The position numbers and the translations under genes are program-made. From Eledone cirrhosa (lineage: Eukaryota): a stretch of DNA of 64,000 bases. Positions 63,101-64,000 of this stretch are shown piece by piece (the first letter of the stretch is position 1; every line of letters starts with the position of its first letter). The notes below the pieces were generated by a model. The model was not told where the DNA came from and ran no database searches. It saw only the letters and a program-made list of their open reading frames with translations. The stretch lies in NCBI GenBank assembly GCA_964016885.1, contig OZ024749.1, positions 19,344,001 through 19,408,000 of the forward strand, given 5' to 3'.

Positions 63101-64000
63101 TAATGACTGTATTTACACTATCTATACACTGTTAATAACTGTATTTACACTATCTATACACTGTTAATGACTGTATTTACACTATCTATACACTGTTAAT
63201 GACTGTATTTACACTATCTATACACTGTTAATGACTGTATTTACACTATCTATTCATTGTTAATGACTGTATTTACACTATCTATACACTGTTAATGACT
63301 GTATTTACACTATCTATACACTGTTAATAACTGTATTTACACTATCTATACACTGTTAATGACTGTATTTACACTATCTATACACTGTTTATAACTGTAT
63401 TTACACTATCTATACACTGTTAATAACTGTATTTACACTATCTATACACTGTTAATAACTGTATTTACACTATCTATACATTGTTAATGACTGTATTTAC
63501 ACTATCTATACACTGTTAATAACTGTATTTACACTATCTATACACTGTTAATGACTGTATTTACACTATCTATACACTGTTAATAACTGTATTTACACTA
63601 TCTATACACTGTTAATAACTGTATTTACACTATCTATACACTGTTAATAACTGTATTTACACTATCTATACACTGTTAATAACTGTATTTACACTATCTA
63701 TACACTGTTAATAACTGTATTTACACTATCTATACACTGTTAATAACTGTATTTACACTATCTATACATTGTTAATGACTGTATTTACACTATCTATACA
63801 CTGTTAATAACTGTATTTACACTATCTATACACTGTTAATGACTGTATTTACACTATCTATACACTGTTAATAACTGTATTTACACTATCTATACACTGT
63901 TAATAACTGTATTTACACTATCTATACACTGTTAATAACTGTATTTACACTATCTATACACTGTTAATGACTGTATTTACACTATCTATACACTGTTAAT
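3140..64000. repeat. 32-bp satellite array, consensus ATACACTGTTAATGACTGTATTTACACTATCT, about 1,900 head-to-tail monomers, open at the right edge
   Basis: Direct reading shows a period of 32 (3141, 3173, ...) and a consensus GC of 9/32. Common variants are AATGAC/AATAAC and CACTG/CATTG/CACCG, with recurrent 11-, 4- and 2-bp deletions. I saw a single orientation and no inserted elements. Confidence 0.99.

Noticed and set aside
3140-64000. CRISPR array, telomeric repeat or repeat-encoded protein
   Set aside because: There are no unique spacers or cas genes, and the context is a spliced eukaryotic gene. The unit is not G-rich or TTAGGG-like. The 32-bp unit is not a multiple of 3, and the ORF track shows no ORFs here.
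3140-64000. Monomer variant order as an information-bearing code
   Set aside because: The variant order is adequately explained by nested block duplications, and nothing suggests a readout mechanism.

Overview
Eukaryotic (animal) genomic DNA. The SINE families and AT/GT microsatellites resemble those I recall from octopus/cephalopod genomes, but this is unverified. None of the supplied ORFs looks real. Reading by eye reveals two spliced + strand exons (161-242 and 2595-2695) that join in frame to give [61 protein letters not shown], the HXXEH zinc-binding region of a nardilysin-like M16A metallopeptidase. The intron between them holds a cluster of three tRNA-derived SINE copies flanked by one 16-bp direct repeat, plus a compound micro/minisatellite. 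After the second exon's donor site, a SINE with an 11-bp TSD sits inside the first monomer of a 32-bp satellite (ATACACTGTTAATGACTGTATTTACACTATCT). This satellite runs uninterrupted from about 3140 past the window end (>60.8 kb, about 1,900 monomers) and has nested kb-scale higher-order duplications. The most notable feature is therefore an apparently intronic giant satellite inside a conserved gene, with a sense strand that lacks AG dinucleotides.
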